A stretch of DNA of 24,373 nt from an uncultured Thermoanaerobaculia bacterium (GTDB lineage Bacteria; Acidobacteriota; Thermoanaerobaculia; Thermoanaerobaculales; Sulfomarinibacteraceae): contig CAZKKP010000010.1 of assembly GCA_964553295.1 (NCBI GenBank), forward strand, positions 1-24,373, read 5' to 3'. Made by a program: the position numbers and the translations under genes. Positions within the stretch are counted from its first letter, which is position 1. Every line of letters begins with the position of its first letter. The notes beneath the pieces are model-generated. The model saw nothing but the letters and a program-made list of their open reading frames with translations. It was not told the origin of the DNA and searched no databases. Of the stretch, positions 1 through 7,516 are shown one piece after another.

Positions 1-1
1 G

Positions 2-295
2 GGCGGCGAAACGCCCGCGCCAGCGCTCGTGTCATGGAAAGCGCAGCTTCAGCTTCTCAACCTCTCGGATCTCGCTCGCGACGTGGATGTCTCGGTTCCG
101 ACGGCCAAGAGCTGGCTGGCGATTCTCGAGGCGAGCTTCCAGGTTTTCCTCCTTCGTCCGTACCAAACGAACCTCACCAAGCGGGCGGTCAAGACCCCGA
201 AGCTCTACTTCCCCGACACCGGTTTGGCCTCGTATCTGACCGAGTGGTCGACCCCCGAGACGCTCGGCGCCGGGGCCCTTGCCAGCTCGTTCTGA
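2..295 (+). pseudogene. Fragment of an AAA+ ATPase / DUF4143-family protein, truncated at the 3' end
   Basis: QLLNLSDLARDVDVS-PTAKSWLAILEAS and YQTNLTKRAVKTPKLYFPDTGL are typical of the C-terminal half of this family. It stops at F-TGA (293-295) where homologues continue with F-E-T; removing one T (ttc-T-gag-acg) restores FET, but similarity then ends at the vapB promoter. The frame is open to the window edge. Confidence 0.75.
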
Positions 296-300
296 GACGG

Positions 301-326
301 AGAATCTGATATTCTGATCTTCGGAG
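301..326 (+). promoter_or_regulatory. Candidate promoter/operator and RBS of the AbrB-PIN operon
   Basis: Extended -10 TGaTATTCT (307-315) overlaps the inverted repeat AGAAT-ctgat-ATTCT (301-315) and two TCTGAT copies; GGAG at 323-326 precedes ATG 335. AbrB antitoxins usually autorepress at such sites. Confidence 0.45.
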
Positions 327-334
327 AGTCTGGC

Positions 335-628
335 ATGAGTCGCATGACAAGCCGTGTGGGTAAGCGGGGGACCATCGTGGTTCCGGCTTCGCTGCGGGCG
401 CGGTACGGGATGGAGGAGGGCTCGCTCGTGATCGCGGAGCAGCGAGAGGACGGGATTCTCCTCAGGCCGGCGGTGGCCTTTCCGGTGGAGGTCTACTCTG
501 TCGAGCGGCAAGCCGAGTTCCTGCTGACCAACGCCGTTGACGAGAAAGACTACAACGAGGTCGTCGCCAGGGTGCGGGAGATGGGCGTCGACCCCGCGTC
601 CATCCCGCACCGCCCGCCCGACAAGTGA
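335..628 (+). CDS. vapB: AbrB/MazE/SpoVT-family antitoxin (VapB-like), 97 aa
   Basis: N-terminal RVGKRGTIVVPASLRARYGMEEGSLV...EDGILLRP is a swapped-hairpin AbrB signature; the gene lies directly upstream of a PIN gene. Confidence 0.9.
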   Translation: MSRMTSRVGKRGTIVVPASLRARYGMEEGSLVIAEQREDGILLRPAVAFPVEVYSVERQAEFLLTNAVDEKDYNEVVARVREMGVDPASIPHRPPDK

Positions 629-631
629 TAC

Positions 632-1033
632 GTGGATCGGGTGTTTCTCGACGCCAACGTCCTCTTCTCGGCAGCCTACAGGGAGGGCGCCGGGCTGATG
701 AGGCTGTGGGGACTGGACCGCGTTCAGCTGGTGACGTCGGGATACGCCGCCGAGGAAGCGCGGCGGAACCTGGCCGACGACGGGCAGCGATCCCGCCTCG
801 CCGACATTCTCCGGATGACCGAGGTGGTCTCCGAGGCCGATCCCAGATCCGTGGACGACGAGACTCGCCTGCCGGAAAAGGACCGGCCGATTCTGCGAGC
901 CGCGGTGCAGGCCCGGTCGACCCATCTCATCACCGGGGACGTGACCCACTTCGGGCCGTTCTTCGGTGATCACCTTCAGGGCGTGCTGGTGCTCTCGCCC
1001 GGTGACTACCTACGATCACGCACGACCGGGTGA
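632..1033 (+). CDS. vapC: PIN-domain ribonuclease toxin (VapC-like), 133 aa
   Basis: RVFLDANVLFSA, AEEARRNL, EKDRPIL and LITGDVTHF supply the acidic PIN tetrad; GTG start 3 nt after the antitoxin stop. Confidence 0.92.
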   Translation: MDRVFLDANVLFSAAYREGAGLMRLWGLDRVQLVTSGYAAEEARRNLADDGQRSRLADILRMTEVVSEADPRSVDDETRLPEKDRPILRAAVQARSTHLITGDVTHFGPFFGDHLQGVLVLSPGDYLRSRTTG

Positions 1034-1357
1034 GCGCGGGTAATTCGTCGAACGGCAATTCGTCGGACGAATTGCGGTGGCGCGTCGGACGCGCCAAGCC
1101 CGGCACGCCGGCCGGACTCGTCGAAGCGAAGAGTCGCCTCGAGGCCTCGCGGGCCCGGTGTCTGGCTCCGCTGCCATCGTCTCCCGGGACGCACGGGGAA
1201 GCCGGCCGCCGATTCCGCTCACGCTGAGCGCCAGGGCCCGGTCGAAGCTCGACGGGAGATCCCGGCCGCGTTCGAAACCGCGTTCCGTGATCAGCATCAG
1301 GATCCGCCGGGCCTCGCCGATGTCGGCGTTGGTCCCATCGCGTTCGAGGCGGCTCAT
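1016..1357 (-). pseudogene. menT1: MenT1 (Rv0078A)-like nucleotidyltransferase toxin remnant with a large in-frame internal deletion; recognisable similarity only at about 1223-1357
   Basis: Starts 4 nt after the MenA1-like stop. MSRLE is followed almost at once by ADIGEARRILMLITERGFERGRDL, which resembles the extreme C-terminal helix of MenT1 (approximately DIQDARKAIELITLRGFHRDRDL, recalled from memory). The catalytic GG-x-A...R-x-T-x-D-x-D segment is absent. The rest of the ORF looks like read-through. Confidence 0.7.
1041..1095. repeat. Cluster of palindromes sharing a CGTCG(G/A)ACG core
   Basis: GCAATTCGTC-g-GACGAATTGC (1055-1075), GGCGCGTC-g-GACGCGCC (1079-1095) and a degenerate copy TAATTCGTCGAACG (1041-1054). 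Confidence 0.7.
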
Positions 1358-1361
1358 CGAC

Positions 1362-1574
1362 TCACGAGACCCGCGGCCACGATTTCGGAATGCCGTCGGC
1401 GTCTCCGGTCTCGGCGCCCGGACGAGACATGAGCCAGTCCCGGAGCAGGGCCTCGAGCTCTGCGGCTGAAGCCTCTGGGTGCATTCGGCGGAGGCGCTCC
1501 GTCATCAGCCCGACCCCTGCCTCGAAGAGGTCGAATGCGGTACGGAGACGCCGTGCTTCTGGTGACAGGATCAC
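1362..1574 (-). CDS. menA1: MenA1 (Rv0078B)-like antitoxin, 70 aa
   Basis: ARRLRTAFDLFEAG..LM..RLRR..PEAS..ELEALLRDWLMSRPGAETGDADG follows the MenA1 pattern (recalled as AQKLRLALDMYEVG...EIEAAIDAWRMTRPGAEEGDSAG); the size matches and it is upstream of a MenT1-like remnant. Confidence 0.78.
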   Translation of the reverse strand: MILSPEARRLRTAFDLFEAGVGLMTERLRRMHPEASAAELEALLRDWLMSRPGAETGDADGIPKSWPRVS

Positions 1575-1580
1575 ACCCCG

Positions 1581-1586
1581 ATTGTA
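1581..1586 (-). promoter_or_regulatory. -10 element TACAAT, positioned for a leaderless menA1 transcript
   Basis: Minus strand reads TACAAT-N6-GTG(1574) with no Shine-Dalgarno. A TTGACA at 1612-1607 is 20 nt away, too far for a canonical -35. Confidence 0.5.
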
Positions 1587-1871
1587 CCCGGCGAGCCCTG
1601 GCCGCGTGTCAACCGATGGATCAAAAAGGGGTGCGGGAGCAAAAGTGTGCCACGGTCACGGCGACACCAAGCGGCGATCGTCCGCGAGGTTGCGGTCGAA
1701 GGCGGCTATTGGTGCGCCGCCTCGTCGCCTTCCGGCCCCTTGCGCGTCAGGCGGCCGCACGGTTGGGCCGGCTGATGAACCACCCCGAGCCGGCAGGCAC
1801 GCCTGCGCCGCGGCCGCCGAGTCACCGGTTTGACAGCTCTGCGGCATGCGGGGCAGGCGCGGGAGAGGCGC

Positions 1872-4217
1872 TCAAGGCCGGCCTGCCGAGCCCACGGCTT
1901 GCGCCCGGTCGAGCCCGGCGAGGGCGGCGTCGAGCCCGGCGACGGTGCTGCTGCCCTCGCCGGATGCGGTGACGGCGATGCGGCGGGCGCGCTCGAGGTC
2001 GGCCCGGGCCTCGTCGAGCCGCCCCTGGGCGAGCCGGGCCTCGCCGACGGTGGTGAGCGGCGCGACGAGGTTCGGGCTGTCGGCGCCGTAGGCGGCTTCG
2101 CGGATGGCGAGAGCCCGGGAGGCGATCGCCTCCGCCTCGCCGTGCTGCCCGCGCAGGGCGGCGATGTGGGCGAGCCAGGCGAGGGCGGAGGTCAGCTCCG
2201 GGTGGTCGGGGCCGAGGGCGCGCTCGTAGATCGCGATCGCCTCGCGGTAGCGGGCCTCGGCGCGGTCGAGGTCGCCGCGCTCCCGGTCGATGCCGGCCAG
2301 GTTGCCGAGGGCGGTCGCGACCCGCGGGTGGTCGTCGCCGTAGACCTTCCGGCGCAGCTCGAGGGACTCGCGGTAGAGCGCCTCGGCGCGGTCGAGATCA
2401 CCCATCTTCTTGTAGGTGAGCCCGAGGTTGTTGAGGGCGGTGGCGATCCGGGGGTGCTCCGGGCCGAGCAGCCGGCGCCGCATCTCGAGGACCCGCTCGC
2501 CGACGGCGGCAGCCTCGTCGAGCTCACCGGCGTTCTTCAGGGCGATGGAGAGGTTGTTGAGAGTGGTGGCGACCCGGGGATGGTCGAGTCCCCATGCCGC
2601 CTCCCGGACAGCGAGCGCCCTGCGGCAGACGGGGAGCGCCTCGAGGGCCCGGCCCTGGGCGTCGATGACGACGCACATCTCGTTGAGGATGTCGCCGACC
2701 AGCGGCGAGGCGGGCTCGAGCCGGCGCTCGCCGAGCTCGAGAGCCTGGCCCAGGATCGCCTCGGCCTCCGAGAGCTCGCCCCGGTTGAGAGCGATCCTGG
2801 CGCACGAGCTCAGGCCCTGGACGGCGTGGCCCGGGTCGAGGTCCGGCGTCGCCGCGACCAGCCGGTGGATCGGGCCGGCGACCTCGGCCCCGCGCTCGAG
2901 GTCGGCGAGGTGGACGCAGAGGTCCGCCAGCCGGGTCCGGGCCTGGATCTCGGTCTCGGCGCTGCGTTCGGGGAGGGCGAGAACCCGCTCGAGCGCGCTC
3001 TCGAGCAGGGGCAGCGCCCGGTCATAGAGGCCGAGCCGCGCGGTGACCTCGCCCATGATGCCGAGCAGCCGCGCCTGGGTCGCCGGTCGGTCGACGAGCT
3101 CGGAGCGGATGCGCTCGGCGCCGCGGTCGAGGAGCTCGCGGGCCGAGACCTCCTCGCCGGGGGAGCGGTCCGGGTCGGAGACCTCGAAGACGCCGACCAT
3201 GAAGTCCGCGATCTCCTGCGCCTCGGCCTCGCGCGCCTCGGCGAGGTCGCGCTCTCGCTTCAGGTCGCTGGTGTACTTCACCCAGCCGCCCACTGCGACG
3301 GCTGCCAGGGCGACCAGCGCCAGCGCCGCCACCGCCATGGCCGCCGTGGTCAGCGGGTTCTTCCGCGCCTTGCGCAGCATCCGCTCCCGGAGGCCGAGGG
3401 GCCGGGCCTCGACCGGCTCGCCGTCGAGGAAGCGGCCGAGGTCGTCGGCGAGGGCGCGGGCCGAGGGGTAACGCCGGTCCGGGTCCTTCTCGAGACAGGT
3501 CGCCACCACCGTCTCGAGGTCCCGCGGCACCGATGGCGCATGTCGACGCAGCGGCGCCGGCTCGTCGGACAGCAGGCTCACCAGCAGGCTCGCGTTGCTG
3601 TCGCCGGCGAACGGCCGCTTCCCGGAGAGGAGCTCGTAGAGGATCACCCCGAGGCTGAAGACGTCGGTGCGCCGGTCGATCCCGGCGACATCGCCGCGCG
3701 CCTGCTCCGGCGACAGGTATCCGGGGGTGCCGAGGATCTGCCCGGTAAGGGTGAGGCCGGGCACCTCCTGCTCGCGGGCGATGCCGAAGTCCAGGACGTA
3801 GGGCCGCAGTCGGCCGTCCCCGTCCTCGCCGACCAGGATGTTGCCCGGCTTGAGGTCGCGGTGGACCAGGCCGGCGGCGTGGGCCGCGTGCACTGCCTCG
3901 GCGACCTGGCGGACCAGCACCACCTTCTGCTCGAGACCGAGCCCCTCGGCCGCGACGTCGAGCTGCCGGCCCTCGACGTACTGCATGGCGATGAAGGGCC
4001 GACCGTCCTCGCCGGTGCCGGCCTCGTACACCTTGCACACCCCGGGATGGTCGATGCGGGCCTGGGCGCGGGCCTCGCGGAACAGTCGCTCGACCAGCTC
4101 GGGATCCTCGTGGCGCAGGTACTTCAGCGCGACGAAGCGCTCGAGCTCGGGGTCCCAGGCCTTGAAGACCTCGCCCATGCCCCCCGCACCGACCTGAACC
4201 GCCGTGTCGTGCTTCAC
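1872..4217 (-). CDS. Membrane Hanks-type Ser/Thr protein kinase with C-terminal TPR repeats, about 781 aa
   Basis: GAGGMGEV, VALK, HRDLKPGN, DFG and YLSPEQ motifs; one TM segment (TAAMAVAALALVALAAVAVGGW); several 42-aa TPR units (HPRVATTLNNL, HPRIATALNNLG, HPRVATALGNLA). GTG 4217 chosen because GGAGGT lies upstream. Confidence 0.93.
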   Translation of the reverse strand: MKHDTAVQVGAGGMGEVFKAWDPELERFVALKYLRHEDPELVERLFREARAQARIDHPGVCKVYEAGTGEDGRPFIAMQYVEGRQLDVAAEGLGLEQKVVLVRQVAEAVHAAHAAGLVHRDLKPGNILVGEDGDGRLRPYVLDFGIAREQEVPGLTLTGQILGTPGYLSPEQARGDVAGIDRRTDVFSLGVILYELLSGKRPFAGDSNASLLVSLLSDEPAPLRRHAPSVPRDLETVVATCLEKDPDRRYPSARALADDLGRFLDGEPVEARPLGLRERMLRKARKNPLTTAAMAVAALALVALAAVAVGGWVKYTSDLKRERDLAEAREAEAQEIADFMVGVFEVSDPDRSPGEEVSARELLDRGAERIRSELVDRPATQARLLGIMGEVTARLGLYDRALPLLESALERVLALPERSAETEIQARTRLADLCVHLADLERGAEVAGPIHRLVAATPDLDPGHAVQGLSSCARIALNRGELSEAEAILGQALELGERRLEPASPLVGDILNEMCVVIDAQGRALEALPVCRRALAVREAAWGLDHPRVATTLNNLSIALKNAGELDEAAAVGERVLEMRRRLLGPEHPRIATALNNLGLTYKKMGDLDRAEALYRESLELRRKVYGDDHPRVATALGNLAGIDRERGDLDRAEARYREAIAIYERALGPDHPELTSALAWLAHIAALRGQHGEAEAIASRALAIREAAYGADSPNLVAPLTTVGEARLAQGRLDEARADLERARRIAVTASGEGSSTVAGLDAALAGLDRAQAVGSAGRP

Positions 4218-4258
4218 CGGTCCGCCACCTCCAGTTTGTCGGCGCAGAACGCAACTCA

Positions 4259-4366
4259 AGTCTAACCCGAGACCCGAGAAGAACCCCTCCAGGGCGCCCA
4301 ACGAGACGTGAGGGGCCGATCGTCTACGCGGATTTCGCGCCAGCGAAATCCGACACCCACTACAAT
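4259..4366. promoter_or_regulatory. Divergent promoter region with a perfect inverted repeat
   Basis: TAGACT on the minus strand (4264-4259) faces the kinase; TACAAT on the plus strand (4361-4366) faces the voltage-sensor gene; CGGATTTCGC-gcca-GCGAAATCCG at 4329-4352. Confidence 0.5.
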
Positions 4367-4388
4367 CCCTCTGGGAGACCTCTCGCCA

Positions 4389-5870
4389 ATGGGCCTGATC
4401 TCAGCATGGAAGCGCCGTTTCGGCCGCCTGACCGCCCGGCTGGCCTGGGACCTGTTCATGGTCTGGGTGGCGCTGGTCAACCTCGGCCTGATCGCCTTCG
4501 ACCTCACCTATCTCTGGCTGCGGCCCCACTACGTCCACTGGGTGCCGGTGGTGGCCCGGGTCTACGACCCGGTCAAGGGGATCGAGCCCCATCCCCTCAC
4601 CGAGCAGCTTCGGGTGGAGCTGGAGGCGGTCCAGAAGTTGGTCGAGCTGGCCCCGGCTTCCGCCGAGCTCGAGCACCGCCTGGTCGACCTTCGCCGCCTG
4701 ACCGAGCGGATGCTGGTCGAGAACCCCTTCGACCGCGCCGGCCTGGGGCGCAGCTTCGAAGCGCTGAGGACCGCCATCGCCCGGGAGACCGGCCACCGCA
4801 GCGCCGATCTCGCCAGCCCCGGGGTCGCTGCGGCGGCGGCCGCCGAGCTGTGGCCCGACTCGGCGGCCGATGTGCGGGAGCGCCTGACCCGGCTCGGTCC
4901 GGCCTTCGAGCGCGCCCTGACCGAGAACTACTACCGGGAGTTCGACCGCGCCGGTCGACTCGAGGACCACTTCTGGCTCCTCGACCTGCCGTTCCTGGCG
5001 CTGTTCTGGACCGAGTTCGCGGTGCGCTGGACCCTCGCCATTCGCCGCGGCGCCCACGCCCGCTGGTTCTTCTTCCCGATCTTCAACTGGTACGACGTGC
5101 TCGGGCTGCTGCCGGTGGGCTGGCTGCGCCAGTTCCGGCTGCTCCGGCTGGTGGCCATCTACATGCGGCTGCGGCAGAGCGAGCTCTCCGCCGTCGGCAA
5201 GGACTACGTCACTCGCACCGTCGCCTACATCTCAAACATCATCACCGAGGAGGTCTCCGACCGGGTCGCGGTCCGCATCCTCGACGAGTACGCCGAGGAG
5301 ATCGCCGACGGCACGCACGCGAGGATCGCCCGCGCGGCGGTCCTGCCGCGGCAACGTGACATCGCCCGCGCCCTGGCCGACCAGATTGCCCAGCTGCTGA
5401 CCGACGAGGCCACTCTCGACCACTTCCGCCGGCTCCTCCGGCTCAACCTCGAGACCGCCATCGCCGAGTCGGAGTCGCTGCGGTCGGTACCGCTGCCCAA
5501 CGCGGTAGTGCGGCCGATCGTCCGCGTGGTCGGCGAGGTGCTGCTCGAGACGACGCTGGAGACCGTCCGTGCCACCCTCGACACCGAGGAGGGTCGGGCC
5601 GCCGTGGAGAGCGTCGCCGACGCCGCGCTGGAGCAGCTCCTCACCGGGCCCTGGCTGGGCCAGGTCGAGGCCCTGGCCCGCGACATCTCGCTCGACGTCA
5701 TCGAGCAGATGAAGGCCACCGTGGCCGTGCGCAAGTGGGCCCTGCCCAAGGACCACCCCAAGAGCCAGCGCCCCGCCTCCCTCACCGAGGTCCTCGACGG
5801 CATCGCCGGCGAGGATCCGAACGCGAAGCGAACGGGTGCAGTCGAGGAGCGCGTCAGCCGTCGAGGGTGA
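4389..5870 (+). CDS. Ion-transporter-like membrane protein: voltage-sensor domain S1-S4 plus a helical cytoplasmic tail, no pore domain, about 493 aa
   Basis: S1 LAWDLFMVWVALVNLGLIAFDL; about 150-aa loop; S2 FLALFWTEFAVRW (FxxExxxR); S3 FNWYDVLGLLP (NxxD...P); S4 LRQFRLLRLV (RxxRxxR). The downstream sequence is amphipathic with no S5/S6 or selectivity filter. Confidence 0.8.
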   Translation: MGLISAWKRRFGRLTARLAWDLFMVWVALVNLGLIAFDLTYLWLRPHYVHWVPVVARVYDPVKGIEPHPLTEQLRVELEAVQKLVELAPASAELEHRLVDLRRLTERMLVENPFDRAGLGRSFEALRTAIARETGHRSADLASPGVAAAAAAELWPDSAADVRERLTRLGPAFERALTENYYREFDRAGRLEDHFWLLDLPFLALFWTEFAVRWTLAIRRGAHARWFFFPIFNWYDVLGLLPVGWLRQFRLLRLVAIYMRLRQSELSAVGKDYVTRTVAYISNIITEEVSDRVAVRILDEYAEEIADGTHARIARAAVLPRQRDIARALADQIAQLLTDEATLDHFRRLLRLNLETAIAESESLRSVPLPNAVVRPIVRVVGEVLLETTLETVRATLDTEEGRAAVESVADAALEQLLTGPWLGQVEALARDISLDVIEQMKATVAVRKWALPKDHPKSQRPASLTEVLDGIAGEDPNAKRTGAVEERVSRRG

Positions 5871-7434
5871 AGTAGACGGTGGTGCCGTGATCGGGCTGCG
5901 ACTCGACCCAGACCCGTCCGCCATGTCGCTCGACGATGCGGTGGACGATCGCCAGCCCGACACCGCTGCCGCCATACTCGTCGGCCCGGTGTAATCGCTC
6001 GAACAGCTGGAAGACCCGCTCTGCGTGTCGCATGTCGAAGCCCACTCCGTTGTCGCGCACGAAATAGACCACGCCGGCTTCGGCGCCCCCGGGCCGGCTC
6101 TCGCCCAGAGTGCCGACCTCGATCCGGGCCGGCTGCCGTATGCGACTGAACTTGAAGGCGTTGCCCAGGAGGTTGTCGACGCACAGCCGGAGCAGCGTCG
6201 GGTCGCCACTGGCCTCGATCCGCTCCGCTACCCGCAGCTCGAGCTGCCGGCCGGGCTCGAGCAGGCAGAGCTGCGCCGCCGCTTCCCGGGCATAGCGCGC
6301 GAGGTCGACCGGGCAGCTGGTCATCACGGTCCGGGAGGCTCGCGAGACCATCAGCAGGTCGTCGATCAGGCGCTCCATCCGCTCACCGGCGCGCAGCACC
6401 CGCTCGAGGTAGTCGGTTGCCACCTCGCCAAGCTGGGCGCCGTACTCCTCGAGCAGGGCGCCCCCGAAGCCCCGAATGGCCCTGAGCGGCGTCTGCAGAT
6501 CGTGAGAGACGGTGTGGCCGAATGCCTCGAGATCGCGATTTGACGCCTCGAGCCGGCGGTTGAGCTCGCGCAGTGCCTCCTCGGCCTGCCGCCGGTCGGT
6601 GATGTCCCGAACCACCCACACCACCAACGACCGCCCTCTCGGATCGACGTGCAACGTGGCCCTCACCGCCCACCAGCGCGTTCGCCCCGAGTCGTCGGCG
6701 AGCTCGAGATCGTCGTTGACAGCGCCACCGATGCCGCGCACCCGGTCGTCGATAACCTGCAGACGCTCCGCCACCGCTGGCCCGAAAAGCTGGTCCGCGG
6801 TCTTGCCGAGGGTGATCGTCGGCGGCTGCCCGACCAGCGCCGCTGCGGCCTCGTTGACCTGCACCCAGCGCCCGCGAAAGTCGGTCGCGAAGACCGCCTC
6901 GGGAACGGCGTTGACCAGCGTGAAGAAGTGGTCCCGTGCTTCCGCGAGCTCCCGCTCGAGACGACGCCTCTCGGTCACGTCCCGCGCCACACCCGCCGTC
7001 CCGGCGATGTCTCCACGGCTGTCGTACAGCGGGACCTTGATCGTCTCGATCCAGGTCCGCCCTTCGGCGAGCAACCCGGCGAGCTGCTCTTCCACGCGGC
7101 GGACCTTCCCGGTGGCCATCACGAGCTGGTCATCGTGGACGTAGCCCCGGGCCAGGTCCTCCGGCCAGATGTCGAAGTCGGTCTTTCCTATCAAGATGTC
7201 CCGGTTCACGCCGCACGACTGAAGGAACGGCTCGTTGACCTCCAGGAAACGGCCTTCGCGGTCCTTGAGCCAGGCGATCTCCGGAAGGCTGTCGAGGAGC
7301 GAGCGCAGTGCTGTTTCCGTCGCTGCACGATCGCTCATCTCAGAGGCGGCCTCCGCCGACCCGCCGCGTCGAGGCGCCGTCGCGTCGAGGTCGGAGTTGG
7401 ACCCGTCGAGGGTGGGGCTTCCGGGGACAGCCAC
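5854..7434 (-). CDS. Cytoplasmic PAS-PAS sensor histidine kinase, 526 aa from GTG 7434 or 494 aa from ATG 7338
   Basis: Two PAS/PAC units (IAWLKDREGRFLEVN...IETIKVPLYDSRGDIAG; VFATDFRGRWVQVN), H-box VSHDLQTPL, N-box VDNLLGNAFKF, VRDNGVGFD, GSGVGLAIV. No TM segment. The 731-aa ORF call extends this gene antisense into the next one. Confidence 0.92.
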   Translation of the reverse strand: MAVPGSPTLDGSNSDLDATAPRRGGSAEAASEMSDRAATETALRSLLDSLPEIAWLKDREGRFLEVNEPFLQSCGVNRDILIGKTDFDIWPEDLARGYVHDDQLVMATGKVRRVEEQLAGLLAEGRTWIETIKVPLYDSRGDIAGTAGVARDVTERRRLERELAEARDHFFTLVNAVPEAVFATDFRGRWVQVNEAAAALVGQPPTITLGKTADQLFGPAVAERLQVIDDRVRGIGGAVNDDLELADDSGRTRWWAVRATLHVDPRGRSLVVWVVRDITDRRQAEEALRELNRRLEASNRDLEAFGHTVSHDLQTPLRAIRGFGGALLEEYGAQLGEVATDYLERVLRAGERMERLIDDLLMVSRASRTVMTSCPVDLARYAREAAAQLCLLEPGRQLELRVAERIEASGDPTLLRLCVDNLLGNAFKFSRIRQPARIEVGTLGESRPGGAEAGVVYFVRDNGVGFDMRHAERVFQLFERLHRADEYGGSGVGLAIVHRIVERHGGRVWVESQPDHGTTVYFTLDG

Positions 7435-7440
7435 AGGGCG

Positions 7441-7508
7441 ATTGTACCCGATGGGAACACGCAGCTGGGTGAGAGCTCTGCGCTTCTGTCGGCCGGGCGA
7501 GCTAGACT
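7441..7508. promoter_or_regulatory. Back-to-back -10 elements for the two divergent histidine kinase genes
   Basis: Minus strand TACAAT (7446-7441)-N6-GTG(7434, in frame with the kinase); plus strand TAGACT (7503-7508)-N8-ATG(7517). Confidence 0.5.
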
Positions 7509-7516
7509 GCCGGTCG

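Noticed and set aside
32-973. 313-aa minus-strand ORF
   Set aside because: Antisense to the DUF4143 fragment and the vapBC pair; no recognisable domain.
1638-1653. Sigma-54-like motif TGGCACACTTTTGCT on the minus strand, facing menA1
   Set aside because: GG and GC are separated by 9 nt rather than the strictly required 10, and a -10 element at 1581-1586 explains the gene better.
1660-1870. Unassigned 200-bp intergenic stretch as a possible ncRNA or small gene
   Set aside because: Only short GC-rich hairpins and low-complexity ORFs; no RNA family motif or RBS recognised.
2000-2700. Repeated DNA segments inside the kinase gene as a possible CRISPR or tandem array
   Set aside because: They are degenerate 126-nt coding repeats for 42-aa TPR units, with no identical repeats or unique spacers.
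1830-4265. 811-aa plus-strand ORF
   Set aside because: Antisense shadow of the kinase-TPR gene; no motifs; long antisense ORFs are common in high-GC DNA.
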